The notes: a model not told the origin generated them from the letters alone. 64,000 bases of DNA from Chrysemys picta bellii (GCF_011386835.1 NC_088792.1:282906001-282970000); one strand, 5' to 3'; numbered from the stretch's first letter, positions 1-12,664 are shown. Numbers and translations: made by a program.

Positions 1-362
1 GACCCAAAGGACACCCAAAATTGTGTTTCAAGGATGTCTGCAAGTGAGACTTCAAAGAAATGGACATGGATGCGGATAACTGGGAAGATCACACTCAGGA
101 CCGCAGCCTTTGGAAACAAGAGCTGAACAAAGGTCTCCGGAGTTCTGAGAGGAAGCCATCCAGCTTAGGAGAGGAGAAAAGAGCTTTCAGAAGGCAGAAC
201 CCAAAGGGCCGAAGCATCACCTTTAAATGTGACAGATGTGGCAGAGGTTGCTCTCTCGAGTGGGTCTCTTCAGCTGCCATAAAACCAACGGAGTAAATTC
301 TTTACCTCTCAGGGGTGCCTACCCATGGTCTCTCAAGACTGAAGGATACCTACTACTACTAC
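1..362 (+). mobile_element. 3' end of an RTE-clade LINE with (TAC)n tail
   Basis: The degenerate C-terminal peptide (..KDVCK..MDADNWED..DRSLWKQEL..FKCDRCGR) is followed by ccatggtctctcaagactgaaggatacc and tactactactac. It abuts the CR1 RT at 363, so it probably inserted into that CR1. Confidence 0.75.
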
Positions 363-2013
363 AGTGCCACATGGGAAATTATTAGTTAAATTGGAGAAGA
401 TGGAGATTAATATTAAAATTGAAAGGTGGATAATATTAAAATTGTTAAAGGGAAGCCTACAACAGGCCATACTGAAAGGTGAACTGTTATTTTTGAGGGA
501 GGTTACCGGTGGAGTTCCTCAGGGATTTTGTAAACTGGAGCAATAGAAATGGGATGATATGTAATAGTGCAAAGTGCAAGGTCATGTATTTAGGAACCAA
601 CAACAAGAATTTTTGCTATAATCTAGGGACATATCAGTTGGAAGCGACAGAGGAGGAGAAAGACCTGGGTGCATTGGTTGATCATAGGATGACTATGAGC
701 CGCCAATGTGATGCGGCTGTGAAAAAGGCTAATGCAGTCCTAGGATGCATCAGGCAAAGTATGTCCAGTAGAGATTAGGAAGTGTTAGTACCATTATACA
801 AGGCACTGGTGAGACCGCATCTGGAATACTGTGTGCAGTTTTGGTCTCCCATATGTAATAAGAATGAATTGAAACTGGAGCAGATGCAGAGAAGAGCTAC
901 TAGGATGATCCAAAGAATGAAAAACCTACCTTATAAAAGGAGATTCAAAGAGTTTGGCTTGTTTAAGCCTAACCAAAAGAAGGCTGAGGGGAGGGATGAC
1001 TGCTCTTTATAAGTACCTCAGAGGGATAAATACCAGGGAGGGAGAGGAGTTATTTAAGTTAAGCCCCAATGTGGACACAAGACCAAATGTATGTAAATTG
1101 GCCATCAACAAGTTTAGGCTTGAAATTAGATAAAGGAATGAAGTCCTGGAACAGCCTTCCAAGGGGAGCTGTGGGGGGAAAAAACCTAAGTAGCTTCAAA
1201 ACTGAGCTGGATAAGTGTCTGGAGGGGATGGTGTGATGAGACTGCCTACAGTGGGATGTAACCAATCTGCAACTGCTAGTAGCAAATATCTCCAATGGCC
1301 GGTGATGGGACACTAGATGGGGAGGGCTCTGAGTTACTACAGAGAATTCTTTCCCAGGTGTCTGGCTGGTGGGTCTCGCCCACGTGCTCAGAGCCTGACT
1401 GATCACCATAGTTGGGGTCAGGAAGGCTTTCCCCCCCGGGTCAGATTGGCAGAGGCCCTGGAGGTTTTTTGTCTTCCTCTGCAGCATGGGGCAAGGGTCA
1501 CTTGCAGGTTTAAACTACTGTAAATGGTGGATTCTCTGTAACTTGAACTCTTTAAATCACGCTTTGAGGACTTCAGTAACTCAGCCAGAGGTTATGGGTA
1601 GGGCTCTGTGTCTGTCACAGAGGTCACGAAAGTCACGCATTCCATGACTTCCTGCGACCTCCGTGACTTCTGCAGCGGCCAGTGTGGCTGACCCCAGGGC
1701 CGCTGAAGCAGCTGGCCCCGAGAACTGCCTGAGCAGCGGTCCCAGGGCAGCTGCAGCAGCGTCTGGCAATTGCCAGAGCAGCCGCTGGCCCCCCCGGGCT
1801 CTCCCCCAGCAGATAGGTCACTGGCTGTGAATTTTTGTTTCTTGCCCGTGACCTCTCTATGACTTTTACTAAAATACCCATGACTAAATCGTAGCCTTAG
1901 TTATGGGCCTATTTCAGGAGTGGGTGGGTGAGGTTCTGTGGTCTGCGATGTGCAGGAGGTCTGACTAGATGACCATGATGGTCTCTTCTGATCTTAAAGT
2001 CTATGAGTCTATG
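363..2013 (+). mobile_element. CR1 LINE: RT C-terminal part plus long 3' UTR, interrupted by a hAT MITE
   Basis: Peptides VPHGKLL, GVPQG, KCKVMYLG..EKDLG..MSRQCD..KKANAVLGCI and [15 protein letters not shown]. The 3' end ctagatgaccatgatggtc..tctatgagtctatg is CR1-type. It has stops, frameshifts and an internal deletion near 525. Confidence 0.93.
1599..1899. mobile_element. hAT-type non-autonomous element (MITE)
   Basis: Perfect 8-bp TSD gttatggg (1591-1598 / 1900-1907) and imperfect TIR tagggct / agcctta. Confidence 0.85.
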
Positions 2014-3904
2014 CACTTACACCCCCCCAGAAGGATAATGTACCCCTTACAAAGTTACTCCCTACTGCTTGCAGACTCAGTGTTTCAATCCTCTCCTATT
2101 CAACAATAAACTGTGTAGGTAAGAGGAAACTCTAGGCCTGTTGGTTCTTATTTAATCTGAACTGGATCACCCATAGGAATTGCCATACTGGAACCAGACC
2201 GTCTAGTCAGGTTTCCTACCTTCAATATACAATGATCTGGAGAGAGTAAAGAGGAAATAAAATAAAGCTCACAATTCACCTGGCCAGTTGTGCAATAGTG
2301 TAGATGAAAAAAGTTCTTTTGATTGGTAAGAAAACAACCCTGGAATTGGATTGCATATGGTATCATGAGATTCTCTAGATTACTATCATCATGTTCATTT
2401 CCACTTTTATCTTTGTGTTAGCTATTTGCTACTCCCTTAACTCCACAAAATGTAGCATCCAACAATGGAATGTTATCCCATTTAGTCTTTCTCTAGCCAC
2501 TTGCGCTTCTCTCCCATGAGATTAATGTTTTCAAGTCATGTTACAACAATGCTGTAACCTTCAGTCCACTGGACATTTTACTCATTTTAAGTAATTCTCT
2601 GCCATGTAAAGGCACCAGACTAACATTGTAAAGGAGAAAAGTAATGCCAGTGAAGTATTTAGCCAGAGTAACTGATAAATGATGTGTCTAATCAATTGTG
2701 GTATGGGTGATTTGATTAACTCCTCTGCTAGCAACTCCAGAGACTAATTACTGTCAATCATTTGCTTTCCATTCAGCTACTAAACAAATTCATTAGCTCT
2801 GTTAATTTTACCAATTCTAGGAACCATGAGCCTTCCTAATTGTCCTTCTCCATGGAAGCTCAGATGAAGCATTTCAGCGAAATGCTTCACCCAAAGCTCT
2901 TAGAACTTCAAGCAGCTTCACCAAGCTCATCCATGAATGTAATATGAGATTCCATGAACACTGGTGGCCAAAACAAAGTGATACATAACCTCTACATATT
3001 ATCTTACAGAACCAGTCTTGTTTAAGCTGATAAGGGTGACTTACATTTATGTAGCAAATTAGAAAAAAGACAGTCGGGGGAATTTTGGGTTCTCACAGTA
3101 GTTCAAGAAGACTTTGGAATATCACAATTTATTTTAGATGGATGCCCGAAGGTCAAACCTAAAACACAAAACCCTGCTTCCCCAGTACTGAGCAAAAACT
3201 ATTCTACCAGATATTGTAGAACCCACATGGTTCCAAGAGGTTCTAGGTGATCCTTTCAACACTAGTTGGATTTTTGATTGTTCTGAGCTTATTGGGACTT
3301 CATTGGGAAGTTTCTTCTGTTTAATCATTTTCTCCTTTATGCTGTTCTGTTTTAGCTCATGAGAACGTTATCTCACATGAGTTCTGTGGAACAGTAATAC
3401 AGCTATAAAAATGAATTCCTACCCCTCTTTTTTTTTTTTTTTGCTTCCTCAAAGATGGATCTGGACCAACACTTTCAGAAATCCAGTCTCTATAAATGGA
3501 CCTGAATCTACCACCCTTACTAACAGGGTTTAAATTCAGCCAGAGCTCTCCAGAGTAAAGCTCTGGTAAATATTTTCACTTCGCGAAGCTGAAGTCCCAA
3601 GCACTGAATGGGGACAGATATGGGGGAGCTCCAGGAAATAGTATATGAGAATTTAAGCCCTGCTTACTAACATAAGGTAATTATTTTTCTTCACAAATTG
3701 GCTGATTGATTTCCACTACTCATGGAGCAAGGTACCGCTTAGTGTGAATGAAGATGCTATAGCCTAGCCCTTTGTATAGTCTGCATCCATCCTGAAATCC
3801 AGATGCATTTTTGTGGAGCTATTGACCTTGGCAGAGCTGCAAAGCTTAATTTAGCGTTGCTCTTTTCTTAAGTGAAATGTACATATTTTAACTGGCTTGG
3901 AAGT

Positions 3905-3922
3905 TGTGTGTGTGTGTGTGTG
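3905..3922. repeat. (TG)n microsatellite
   Basis: tgtgtgtgtgtgtgtgtg. Confidence 0.9.
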
Positions 3923-4536
3923 TTTCAGGCAATAAATGACTTCAGGCATTCAGATTCTACTAGTCAGTGAGATCTATCTTCCTCTGTTGTGAAGGCTACT
4001 ACATTTGATAGTGAAACGGTTCAGGATATTACATACTGACTATACTATACATAGATGCATGCTGCCAGGAGAAATTGAAAATATGTATTACCTGCACTTT
4101 TAAAAAAACTGTAATATTTTATTGAGGCTTTTAAAAACCTGTTTCCATCTCAAAAAAATGCTTCTCTTATTCTATGCACAAGCAGATTGCTAATTCCTTA
4201 AAGAGACAGGATCCAAATTCGGAGGGCCTCCCTTTCTATGGCTGGAGACAGGGTTCTCAAATTACATAATAGTCAAAACTCTTATTTCTACAAACAAAAA
4301 GCTATTTAGAAATGAATAACTATGAGTGATCTAGTTCTCAAGAGAAATCCTGCAATAACAAACCAGCACGTGCAGCCCAGCACTCATTCACACCTTTAGT
4401 TAATTTGGATTAATTTTCCTGGATGTCCCCATGCAGACAAGTTTTACGTGTTTGTACAGTGGCTAGCGACCAGGACTCCAATCACGGTTGCAGCTGTATG
4501 ATTATTACTACTGTAATACAAACAACAAATATTAAT

Positions 4537-4638
4537 GGACCAACTTCTGTTGACCCGATAAAAGGTATTACCTCACCTACCTTGTCTCTCTCATATCTTG
4601 GGACCAACACAGCTACAACACCACTGCAAACAACAAAC
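4537..4638. mobile_element. Penelope-like terminal fragment (second family), rearranged or inverted
   Basis: ggaccaacttctgttg matches 20985 in the forward direction. The following ataaaaggtattacctcacctaccttgtctctc..gggaccaacacagctacaacaccactgcaaac is the reverse complement of 20913-20985. Confidence 0.65.
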
Positions 4639-5099
4639 ATGATTTAATGTGTTACTTAAATAGGGTAGCGCCCAGAAACCTCAATCAAGTGCTAGACCCT
4701 GTACAAACTTAATCAAAACAAACTCAGTTTTAGCTGATCCACCCCTGAGAGATTGACAGTTTTTCTAGCTATCTCGGAGCCTTTTCCAGGTAAACCTGCT
4801 GACTGGTGTCACACCCTCCATCTATTAGCCTGGGGGAAAGAATAATGGCAGGGTAGCCGTCAGTGGTACTACAGTGCAGTCCTAGCACATTTGCTTTCTC
4901 TGTAGTTCTCACATCATCTGTCTTCATATGCATGGTACCTGTGGATTCACTTTATGGCATGAGTACAATTCCCTGGCCTTAGTTTAATAGCTTTAAGGCC
5001 ACATTCTGATCATCTAAACTGACCTCATGGAAAACTCCGGCCATCGAATTTCACTCAGAAATTCCCACATTGAGCCCAGTGGCTGGGCTAGAGTGTATC

Positions 5100-5315
5100 T
5101 TTTAGCAAAACCCCCATTCTCAATGTAAAGACTCAAGTGATGGAGAATCCATCATCTCTCTTGGGAATCTGTTCCGCTGGGTAACTGCCCTCACTGGTAA
5201 GAAAGAAAAAAAAGTGTCTTTTCTTTCCACTTTGAGCTTTGCTGGCTTCAATTTCCAGGGATTGGAAATTGCCGTGCCTTTCTCTGCTCAATTAAAGAGT
5301 GCTCTACTGTCATTC
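5100..5315 (-). mobile_element. Old CR1 3' fragment
   Basis: The reverse strand reads like the CR1 'RWNRLPRE.MDSPSLESL' region (gatggagaatccatcatctctcttgggaatctgttcc..gccctcactgg). Confidence 0.6.
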
Positions 5316-6922
5316 TGGGGGTTGTCTTTCCCAGGCTTGGAGGTTGCTTTGACTTTTTCAGAACTCGAAACCGAAATGACATGCTTCACCCCAGATTTAA
5401 GCAACACACAATCTCGATGTTATGCTTTAATCGAACTGAAGTGACATTTAGTCAAAGCTTGGCATTCCTGCTTCGCTCCGATGCCGTTGTTTTCACACTC
5501 CCAGCTTTTGCGCTGGACGTGTAATGTTTTCCCTCTTGAATTATTTAGCACGTGAAAAGCTGAGCTTTGTCACTTTTATTCCCAGCCCCCGTTTTAGTCC
5601 CATCGACGTGATTTACAAATCCAGCCTTGCACCTAATGGCGCTGTGTATTTCCATTTCCAGTGCTCTCCTTTACTGTCGGCTCTCATTGGATGGGGCAAA
5701 CTTCATCCCACAAATAAACAAAATTAATGTCAAATTGTATAAAGTGCTGCTTGAATTTCAATTATCCTATCAGAGCAAAATGCCTGTTTTCGGCAAACAG
5801 CAATAACATTATGCAGCTTACAGCCCCTGCATGCACTTTACTAGAAAGCAGTCAAGTCTAGACAAAAATACAAGATTTAGCAACCTTAAACCCAATCTGT
5901 TTCACATTTAGTTAAGGTCAATTTGCAGAGAGAAGAACAGCTGGCTCTAGGTTTCATCCAGGCCCCACTCCCCCCTTGATGTCTGTGGTTGAATCTCAGC
6001 AATTTCCTCCTCGCACAATGCGAAATGATTAGATCTGAACCCGACCCACAAATGCTGGATGCAAAGACCCCCTACCTCTAGGGAAGTTCAGATCCAAGGT
6101 TTGTGGCTTAGCATGTCTCTATTAGAGACATTTCTGCATTCCCCGCATGGCACTGTTTGAATTGGCTGGGTGGGAGGGGGCTGGGATCTTTCTAGCTGCT
6201 GTTTATTCTGTTTTGATCAGGGCCCAGCACAGCCAGCATGTTTAAAAGAGTGCAGCGGCCCCGTTCAGCACCAAAACCAGGGGCCTTGTTGAACGCACAA
6301 CATTGGGCTCTGAGTTCTTACCAAATCCGGTCCCTAATGTGGGTGCTGAGCACTGGGAAAGCTCGCCCTGAGCTCTTTGGAAACTCTGGCGTCTAAAGCT
6401 GCGTGCCAAGCTAGACTCAACAGAGGAAATCATAGTTAATACAGAGTTAGCAGCGCATACCATCCAGTTATCCTGATTGTTTATTGTTCCGAAAAAGGTC
6501 TCTCCATCCTACTGCCACTTTCTTGCTTTATCTCCTGCTCCTTTCATCCCTGCCCCTCCTACCCCCCACATCTGCATTGACAGATGATGCTCAGTCTCTG
6601 TGAACTGTCTGCAAGCAGCACTTCCTGTCACACAGTCTGGCAGACTTCCTCTTGAATCTTCAGCTGGCTGATGCCCTACACACCAGATCATGTCCTGAAG
6701 ATAGTCCCTCAAAACAGATTCCTTGGCAGACCAGTCACACTTGCTTTCTCACGCCTTCTCCCATCATTTGTCTTCGCACATGTATTGTGTCTGCGTAGGA
6801 CATCTTCCTCCATGCATTCATTTTGGGGCATGAATGTACTTTCACTGGCCTTCGATTAATAGATTTTTAGGTCAGAAGGGACCATTATGATCACCTAGAT
6901 GGACCTCCTGCAGAGTGATGAT

Positions 6923-7552
6923 TTGTTGCCAAGAAGGCTAACGGCATTTTGGGCTGTTTAAGTAGGGGCATTGCCAGCAGATCGAGGGACGTGATCATTC
7001 TCCTCTATTTGACATTGGTGAGGCCTCATCTGGAGTACTGTGTCCAGTTTTGGGCCCCACACTACAAGAAAGATGTGGAAAAATTGGAAAGAGTCCAGCG
7101 GAGGGCAACAAAAATGATTAGGGGGCTGGAGCACATGACTTATGAGGAGAGGCTGAGCGAACTGGGCTTATTTAGTCTGCAGAAGAGAAGAGTGAGGGGC
7201 ATTTGATAGCTGCTTTCAACTACCTGAAAGGGGGTTCCAAAGAGGATGGATCTAGACTGTTCTCAGTGGCACCAGAGGACAGAACAAGGAGTAATGGTCT
7301 CAAGTTGCAGTTGGGGAGGTTTAGGTTGGATATTAGGAAAAACTTTTTCACTAGGAGGATGGTGAAGCACTGGAATGGGTTACCTAGGGAGGTGGTGGAA
7401 TCTCCTTCATTAGAGGTTTTTAAGGTCAGGCTTGACAAAGCCCTGGCTGGGATGATTTAGTTGGGAATTGGTCCTGCTTTGAGCAGGGGGTTGGACTAGA
7501 TGACCTCCTGAGGTCCCTTCCAACCCTGATATTCTATGATTCTATTATTCTA
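6923..7552 (+). mobile_element. Young 5'-truncated CR1 (PsCR1-like)
   Basis: ORFs [38 protein letters not shown] and [25 protein letters not shown], with a 3' tail attctatgattctattattcta. Confidence 0.97.
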
Positions 7553-7944
7553 AGGGCGGGTTTCGAAACCACACAGCATTGGCCTATCTCTGAATGATAA
7601 AAACTCCATTGTCTTTAATGGCTACACGATACCTTGTGATGGGAAGAACTCCCTTGTCAAATTAGCAAAGCCACCAAATTAACCTGTTTTAAATTCTTTC
7701 TTAAAATCCATCTTTGCTGTGCTGATGTCCCTCTGGCACTGGTCAGCCTGTGTCTAGACTGTAAAGACCTCTGTGACTAACTGATGCAACAATTCCTGTC
7801 TCTATTGGTATCTTGTCATTAGTTGGATTGAGACTACAGTTACCACCATGACAACTAACCAATGCAAGTGAACCTGCCTCCACTGTTACCTTGTCCTCCC
7901 GCTTTTCACTTGGTTGTCTATTTATTCACCTGTGTGCATTGTCT

Positions 7945-8240
7945 CCATCCTGGAGAGGAAGGGTGGTCAAGGGGTTAGGCTGATAGCACTGGATTCAGGA
8001 CACCTGAGCTCAATTCCCTGGTCCCTCCCAGACTTCCTGGGTGACCTTGGGCAAGTCACTAAGGATCAGATCCTCAAAGGTATTTAGGCATCTAACTCCC
8101 GGTGATTTGAGGCTCTGGGCTTTAGTCTCTCTGTTCTTTCATACCCATCTGTGAAATGGGGATAATCACACTGCCCTACCTCACAGGGAGATTGTGAGGA
8201 TAAATACATTCAAGACTATGAGATGCGCAGATATTACTGT
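7945..8240 (+). mobile_element. MIR/CORE-type SINE with a small MITE inserted in the core
   Basis: CORE motif gtgaccttgggcaagtcact..tctctctg..catctgtgaaatggggataat. The insert ggatcagatcctcaaag..gaggctctgggc spans about 8061-8119. Confidence 0.75.
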
Positions 8241-9230
8241 CGGGGAGCCCCATAGGCACCTCCGATAGATTGTGAGCTCTCTAGGCTAAGACACTTTGTG
8301 TCACTGGTTTGTCCAATCGGACCTGATCCTAGGCTGGGATTGCTAAGCACTACTACAATGTAATTAATTAATATTTGTGCTATTTTAGCAGATTCAGTGG
8401 GCTGCAGTGAGATGCGAATAGAGAAGGCTCTTTGGCTGAAATCACTGCACAGTTCACAAGCTTCTGCTTCCCTTCTAGTCAAAGGCAGAGGCACGATCTT
8501 TTACTAACCAATCTGGGCACACCGTTGGAGCAGGTTATAAAGAATGACTCTGAGGGTCATACTTGTGTTGTCCATAGCTACACTGTTTCCCACTCTCCCC
8601 TTGTGGCCTTTGAAGTAGAGCTTGATGGCTTAATTACAGTGCTGGGGTGATGACCACGGCCATCCCATTCTGTTCTAATGGAACCAGCTCTTTCCTGGCA
8701 GGGTGGAGCTAGTCTAAGCCACACATCCTGTGCTTTTTCGCTTGCTTTTGACCCTTGAGAGTAGAATGCATGTCGGCATATGAAAGGATCACTCCTTAAC
8801 AATCCCAGCTGAAGGGCACAATGGTTCTACAAAGTATGAGCAGCAAGTTAGTTTCCTTTCTAAGTTCAGAAGCAATGGATTCCCTCTGGGTGCTGCACTG
8901 GGAGTATTTCAGGCATTGGTGTGTGTGTCTGACTATGAAGTGAAGCCCTGTCCAGAGCTGCCCGCAACTATTGCAAAAGAACTTGAAACCAGACTCAGCC
9001 TGGTCAAGTGGGACTGGGGATGCGGGTTCACTGTAGGGCTAAGAAGGGATTCTTGAATTCTCCCCCTTCCTCTGCTTCTGGCTCACTCGGTGGCCTCAGA
9101 GGAGTCACCTAATATGCCTTAGCTCCACCGCTACCCTCCCATATCAATGACAATAATAACTCTCTGGAGCATTATGAAAAAGATTAACAGGAGGACTTGT
9201 GGCACCTTAGAGACTAACAAATTTATTAGA

Positions 9231-9272
9231 GCATAAGCTTTCGTGGACTATAGCCCACTTCTTCGGATGCAT
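9231..9272 (-). ncRNA. Minimal hammerhead ribozyme motif (Penelope), inverted-arm copy
   Basis: Exact reverse complement of 10122-10163. Confidence 0.7.
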
Positions 9273-9465
9273 ATAGAATGGAACATATATTGAGGAGATA
9301 TATATACACACATACAGAGAGCATAAACAGGTGGGAGTTGTCTTACCACCTCTGAGAGGCCAATTAATTAAGAGAAAAAAAACTTTTGAAGTGATAATCA
9401 AGCTAGCCCAGTACAGACAGACAGTTAGATAACAAGTGTGAGAATACTTACAAGGGGAGATAGAT

Positions 9466-9738
9466 TCAATGTTTGTAATGGCTCAGCCATTCCCAGTCCT
9501 TATTCAAACCGGAGTTGATTGTGTCTAGTTTGCATATCAATTCTAGCTCAGCAGTTTCTCGTTGGAGTCTGTTTTTGAAGTTTTTCTGTTGTAATATAGC
9601 CACCCGCAGGTCTGTCACTGAATGACCAGACAGGTTAAAGTGTTCTCCCACTGGTTTTTGAGTATTTTGATTCCTGATGTCAGATTTGTGTCCATTAATT
9701 CTTTTGCGTAGAGACTGTCCGGTTTGGCCAATGTACAT
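9466..9738 (-). pseudogene. GIY-YIG endonuclease C-terminal fragment of the Penelope-like element
   Basis: YIGQTGQSLRKRINGHKSDIR..VGEHFNLSGHS..LRVAIL..RETAELELI.KLDT..GLN carries the YIG, R, H, E and N motifs of PLE GIY-YIG domains. Confidence 0.92.
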
Positions 9739-10121
9739 GGCAGAGGGAGAACACTTTAACCTGTCTGGTCATTCAGTGACAGACCTGCGGGTGGCTATAT
9801 TACAACAGAAAAACTTCAAAAACAGACTCCAACGAGAAACTGCTGAGCTAGAATTGATATGCAAACTAGACACAATCAACTCCGGTTTGAATAAGGACTG
9901 GGAATGGCTGAGCCATTACAAACATTGAATCTATCTCCCCTTGTAAGTATTCTCACACTTGTTATCTAACTGTCTGTCTGTACTGGGCTAGCTTGATTAT
10001 CACTTCAAAAGTTTTTTTTCTCTTCATTAATTGGCCTCTCAGAGGTGGTAAGACAACTCCCACCTGTTTATGCTCTCTGTATGTGTGTATATAGATCTCC
10101 TCAATATATGTTCCATTCTAT

Positions 10122-10163
10122 ATGCATCCGAAGAAGTGGGCTATAGTCCACGAAAGCTTATGC
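10122..10163 (+). ncRNA. Minimal hammerhead ribozyme motif (Penelope)
   Basis: gcat-CCGAAGA-a-gtgggc(tata)gtccac-GAAA-gctt-atgc shows the core boxes, stem II, a palindromic AGCT stem III and stem I gcat/atgc. The core is a U4C variant. Confidence 0.7.
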
Positions 10164-10554
10164 TCTAATAAATTTGTTAGTCTCTAAGGTGCCACAAGTC
10201 CTCCTGTTCTTCTTTTTGCGGATACAGACTAACACGGCTGCTACTCTGAAACCTTTCATGAAAAAGATTGTATTTCGTTGCAAAAAGAAAGAGTTCGGTA
10301 TCACTGGTCCCTTCGGCTAGGTTTGTGAACATTCGCTGTCAAATCTGAACTCAATTTTAACCAAACTCAGACCAGTTTATGGCAGAGACTGAAGCCATGG
10401 AGGGCTCTGGGGCTCCTCATGGTTTCAACCCCAAGCCTGTCGAAACCTGGCAATTTCAGTTGACTTAAGCATTGAGTTTGGGGATCGGTCAAGTCCAAAA
10501 CTCAAAGGAAAACTAAAGATGCAAACTCGCATGAACCAAAACCAAACTATAGAT

Positions 10555-11310
10555 TGTCATGGATCCCTGGGAGTCAAAACTAGCAACTTTGCTCCACTTT
10601 AGTTCTGTCCTGGTGTGCGAACTGCTCACTGACACTTTCATAAGCTCACTGACACTTCAAGACAAGCTGGAGTCAGCCTTGCGTGTGACTTTGCAGCTAT
10701 CCCTCAGCCCCACTGGTGATGTAGCTGATAATTAGGGATCTGGGTTGGGTGTGATGGAGCTAAATTATAATTACAGATCCCTGCTGTGGGGGATCAGGGA
10801 GAGGACTATTTAAACAGAGCTGTGAACTCAGTCAAGGGGAAAAGACCCAGCGGAGAAGAACAAGGGGAGCTCCCTCTCTGGGAAAGGCTTGGGGAAGCCA
10901 GGCTGGAAGAGGGAGCAGATCAGACTCATGTGGGGTTGAGATAGGGCCTGCTAGGAACAGGGAGATCCCTGCAGTAAATTGCCGGAGTCCTTGGGGGAAA
11001 GGATGCCGCAGCAGAAAATCTTCTGGGGAAGAAAGAGCTTTGGAGAATCTCTGCAGGACCTGAAGACTTTAGAGTGGCCCAAGAGGACATTTGGACTTAC
11101 AGTTGGGCCTTTGTTACTCCTGGAAGAGGCTTGCTCTTTTTTGTGACTTGGCCAGAGGGGCAGGGCACAGAACACCCAGGCAGAGACAGTCGGGTGGACA
11201 GAGACAGATGGTGGAAGACTCAGATGGGAACAGGCTTTGCAGCACCAAGGGAGTGGCCATAGAGAGGTGCAAGAAGCAAAGTCCCCTGTAGTGCTAGGAT
11301 CTGACACCAG
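10555..11310 (+). mobile_element. Probable degraded solo LTR
   Basis: TG start (tgtcatgg), TATA-like tatttaaac near 10807, purine-rich body and gtgacttggcc motif shared with the LTR at 12.7-13.3 kb. No TSD was found. Confidence 0.45.
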
Positions 11311-11993
11311 GGGGCGAGATGTCAGTAAAAGCAACCTATTACATTCACAAGTGTTCTACTCTGACCACAATTGTTTGGGTTGGATGCAGGAGTCGCTGGG
11401 TGAAATCGATGGCCTGTCTTATTATTATTTGTATTACAGTAGTGCGTAGGAGTCTACAAAGAGTGGGGCCCCAGTTTGCTATGCAGTGCATAGAGAGAGC
11501 AGAAGACAGTCCCTGCCCCAAAGAGTTTACAACCTAAATAGAAAAACTGATGAAGGGTAGAGGAGAGGGGTGTAACTTACAGAGGGATGGCTTGTAAACT
11601 GCATGGTAGTGCCACCATTTTATTCTAAAATTGTGCTGTGGAGTTTTGACAGGTGGGGATCAGCTCAAGAGAAAGAGGAGGGATGGGAGAGTGGGCACAG
11701 AGGGGTGACAGGGCAGAGGGAAAGAGAAGAGGGAAGGGAGGGCGGAGGGGCGCTCGAAGGGCAAGAGATAGCGAGGGAGGAAGTGGGTTGGAGCAAACAC
11801 CCAGTCAGCACAGTGGGGAGCATGTCCAGAGTGAAAACTCTGTACAGCAATATGATGACATCATGGTCCCTGCTTAAACCGCCTCTGCAGCTGTTCCTGC
11901 CACCTTCAGTCACTGGCTGTTTTGCAGTAATGCAGGAGGTCAGACAAGCTGATTATCACGGCCCCTTCTGGCCTAAAAAGGCTACGGATCGGT

Positions 11994-12264
11994 AGCCTAG
12001 TCTACACTAGAAAAGGTTTACGGGTAGAGCTAGATCAGCAAGCTCTCCTATTGTACATGCAGCTTGCCAGCAAAAAAGGTATTTTGCCTGTGTAGTTTAT
12101 ACTGCTCTCCCCAGCTAACGTAAGCTGTATCAGCAAAAACACTGCATGGCAGCGTAACTGTGTCTGCACTATGGCTTTTGCCCATATAGAGAAGTCACAA
12201 CACAAAAGTCACATCCCTACGCAACACTATTCTACTGGCAAAAGTGTCTATTGTAAATCTGGCC
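11994..12264. mobile_element. Harbinger-type MITE (gtctacact TIR family), degraded
   Basis: Left end gcctagtctacacta and right end gtaaatctggcc resemble the TIRs of the TSD-flanked copies at 24601, 32617 and 38542. Confidence 0.6.
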
Positions 12265-12664
12265 TATGGCACAGGTCTTCCTCTAACTCCAGGAGGAGTG
12301 AACATTGGAGCCTTTTCTACCTGCATCACAAAGCACCACCAATTAACAGTGAAGTGGAGAAAAATCAATTGTATTTAAATGTGCAGAACAATTTCCCCAA
12401 CCCCATTTGCAGATCTGTCAATATGGAACAGTCCTCTGCCTGTAATAATCAGTGTTAGATAGGAGCACTTGCTGCTTGGAGTTTGGTACTGGTAAAGCGT
12501 TTGAGAGGGAATAAAGCATAGAGTTTGGATCTGGGTTTTAATTCCTCCAGAGTTCTGGTTTGAGCCGGTCTCGATTCAGCCCATGATAGACATAAGGGCC
12601 TGAGATGCGATAAATGGCTCCAGATTCCAACTGCCACAAAGTTCAGGCACGCTTGGAGCTGGGG

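Larger units (their letters stand above)
9186..10257. mobile_element. Penelope-like retroelement, inverted (tail-to-tail) 3' copies forming a 464-bp-arm inverted repeat
   Basis: Arms 9186-9649 and 9745-10208 are reverse complements with 2 mismatches by my reading. The 12-bp TSD is atgaaaaagatt (9174-9185 / 10258-10269). It encodes a GIY-YIG endonuclease C-terminus. Confidence 0.95.
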
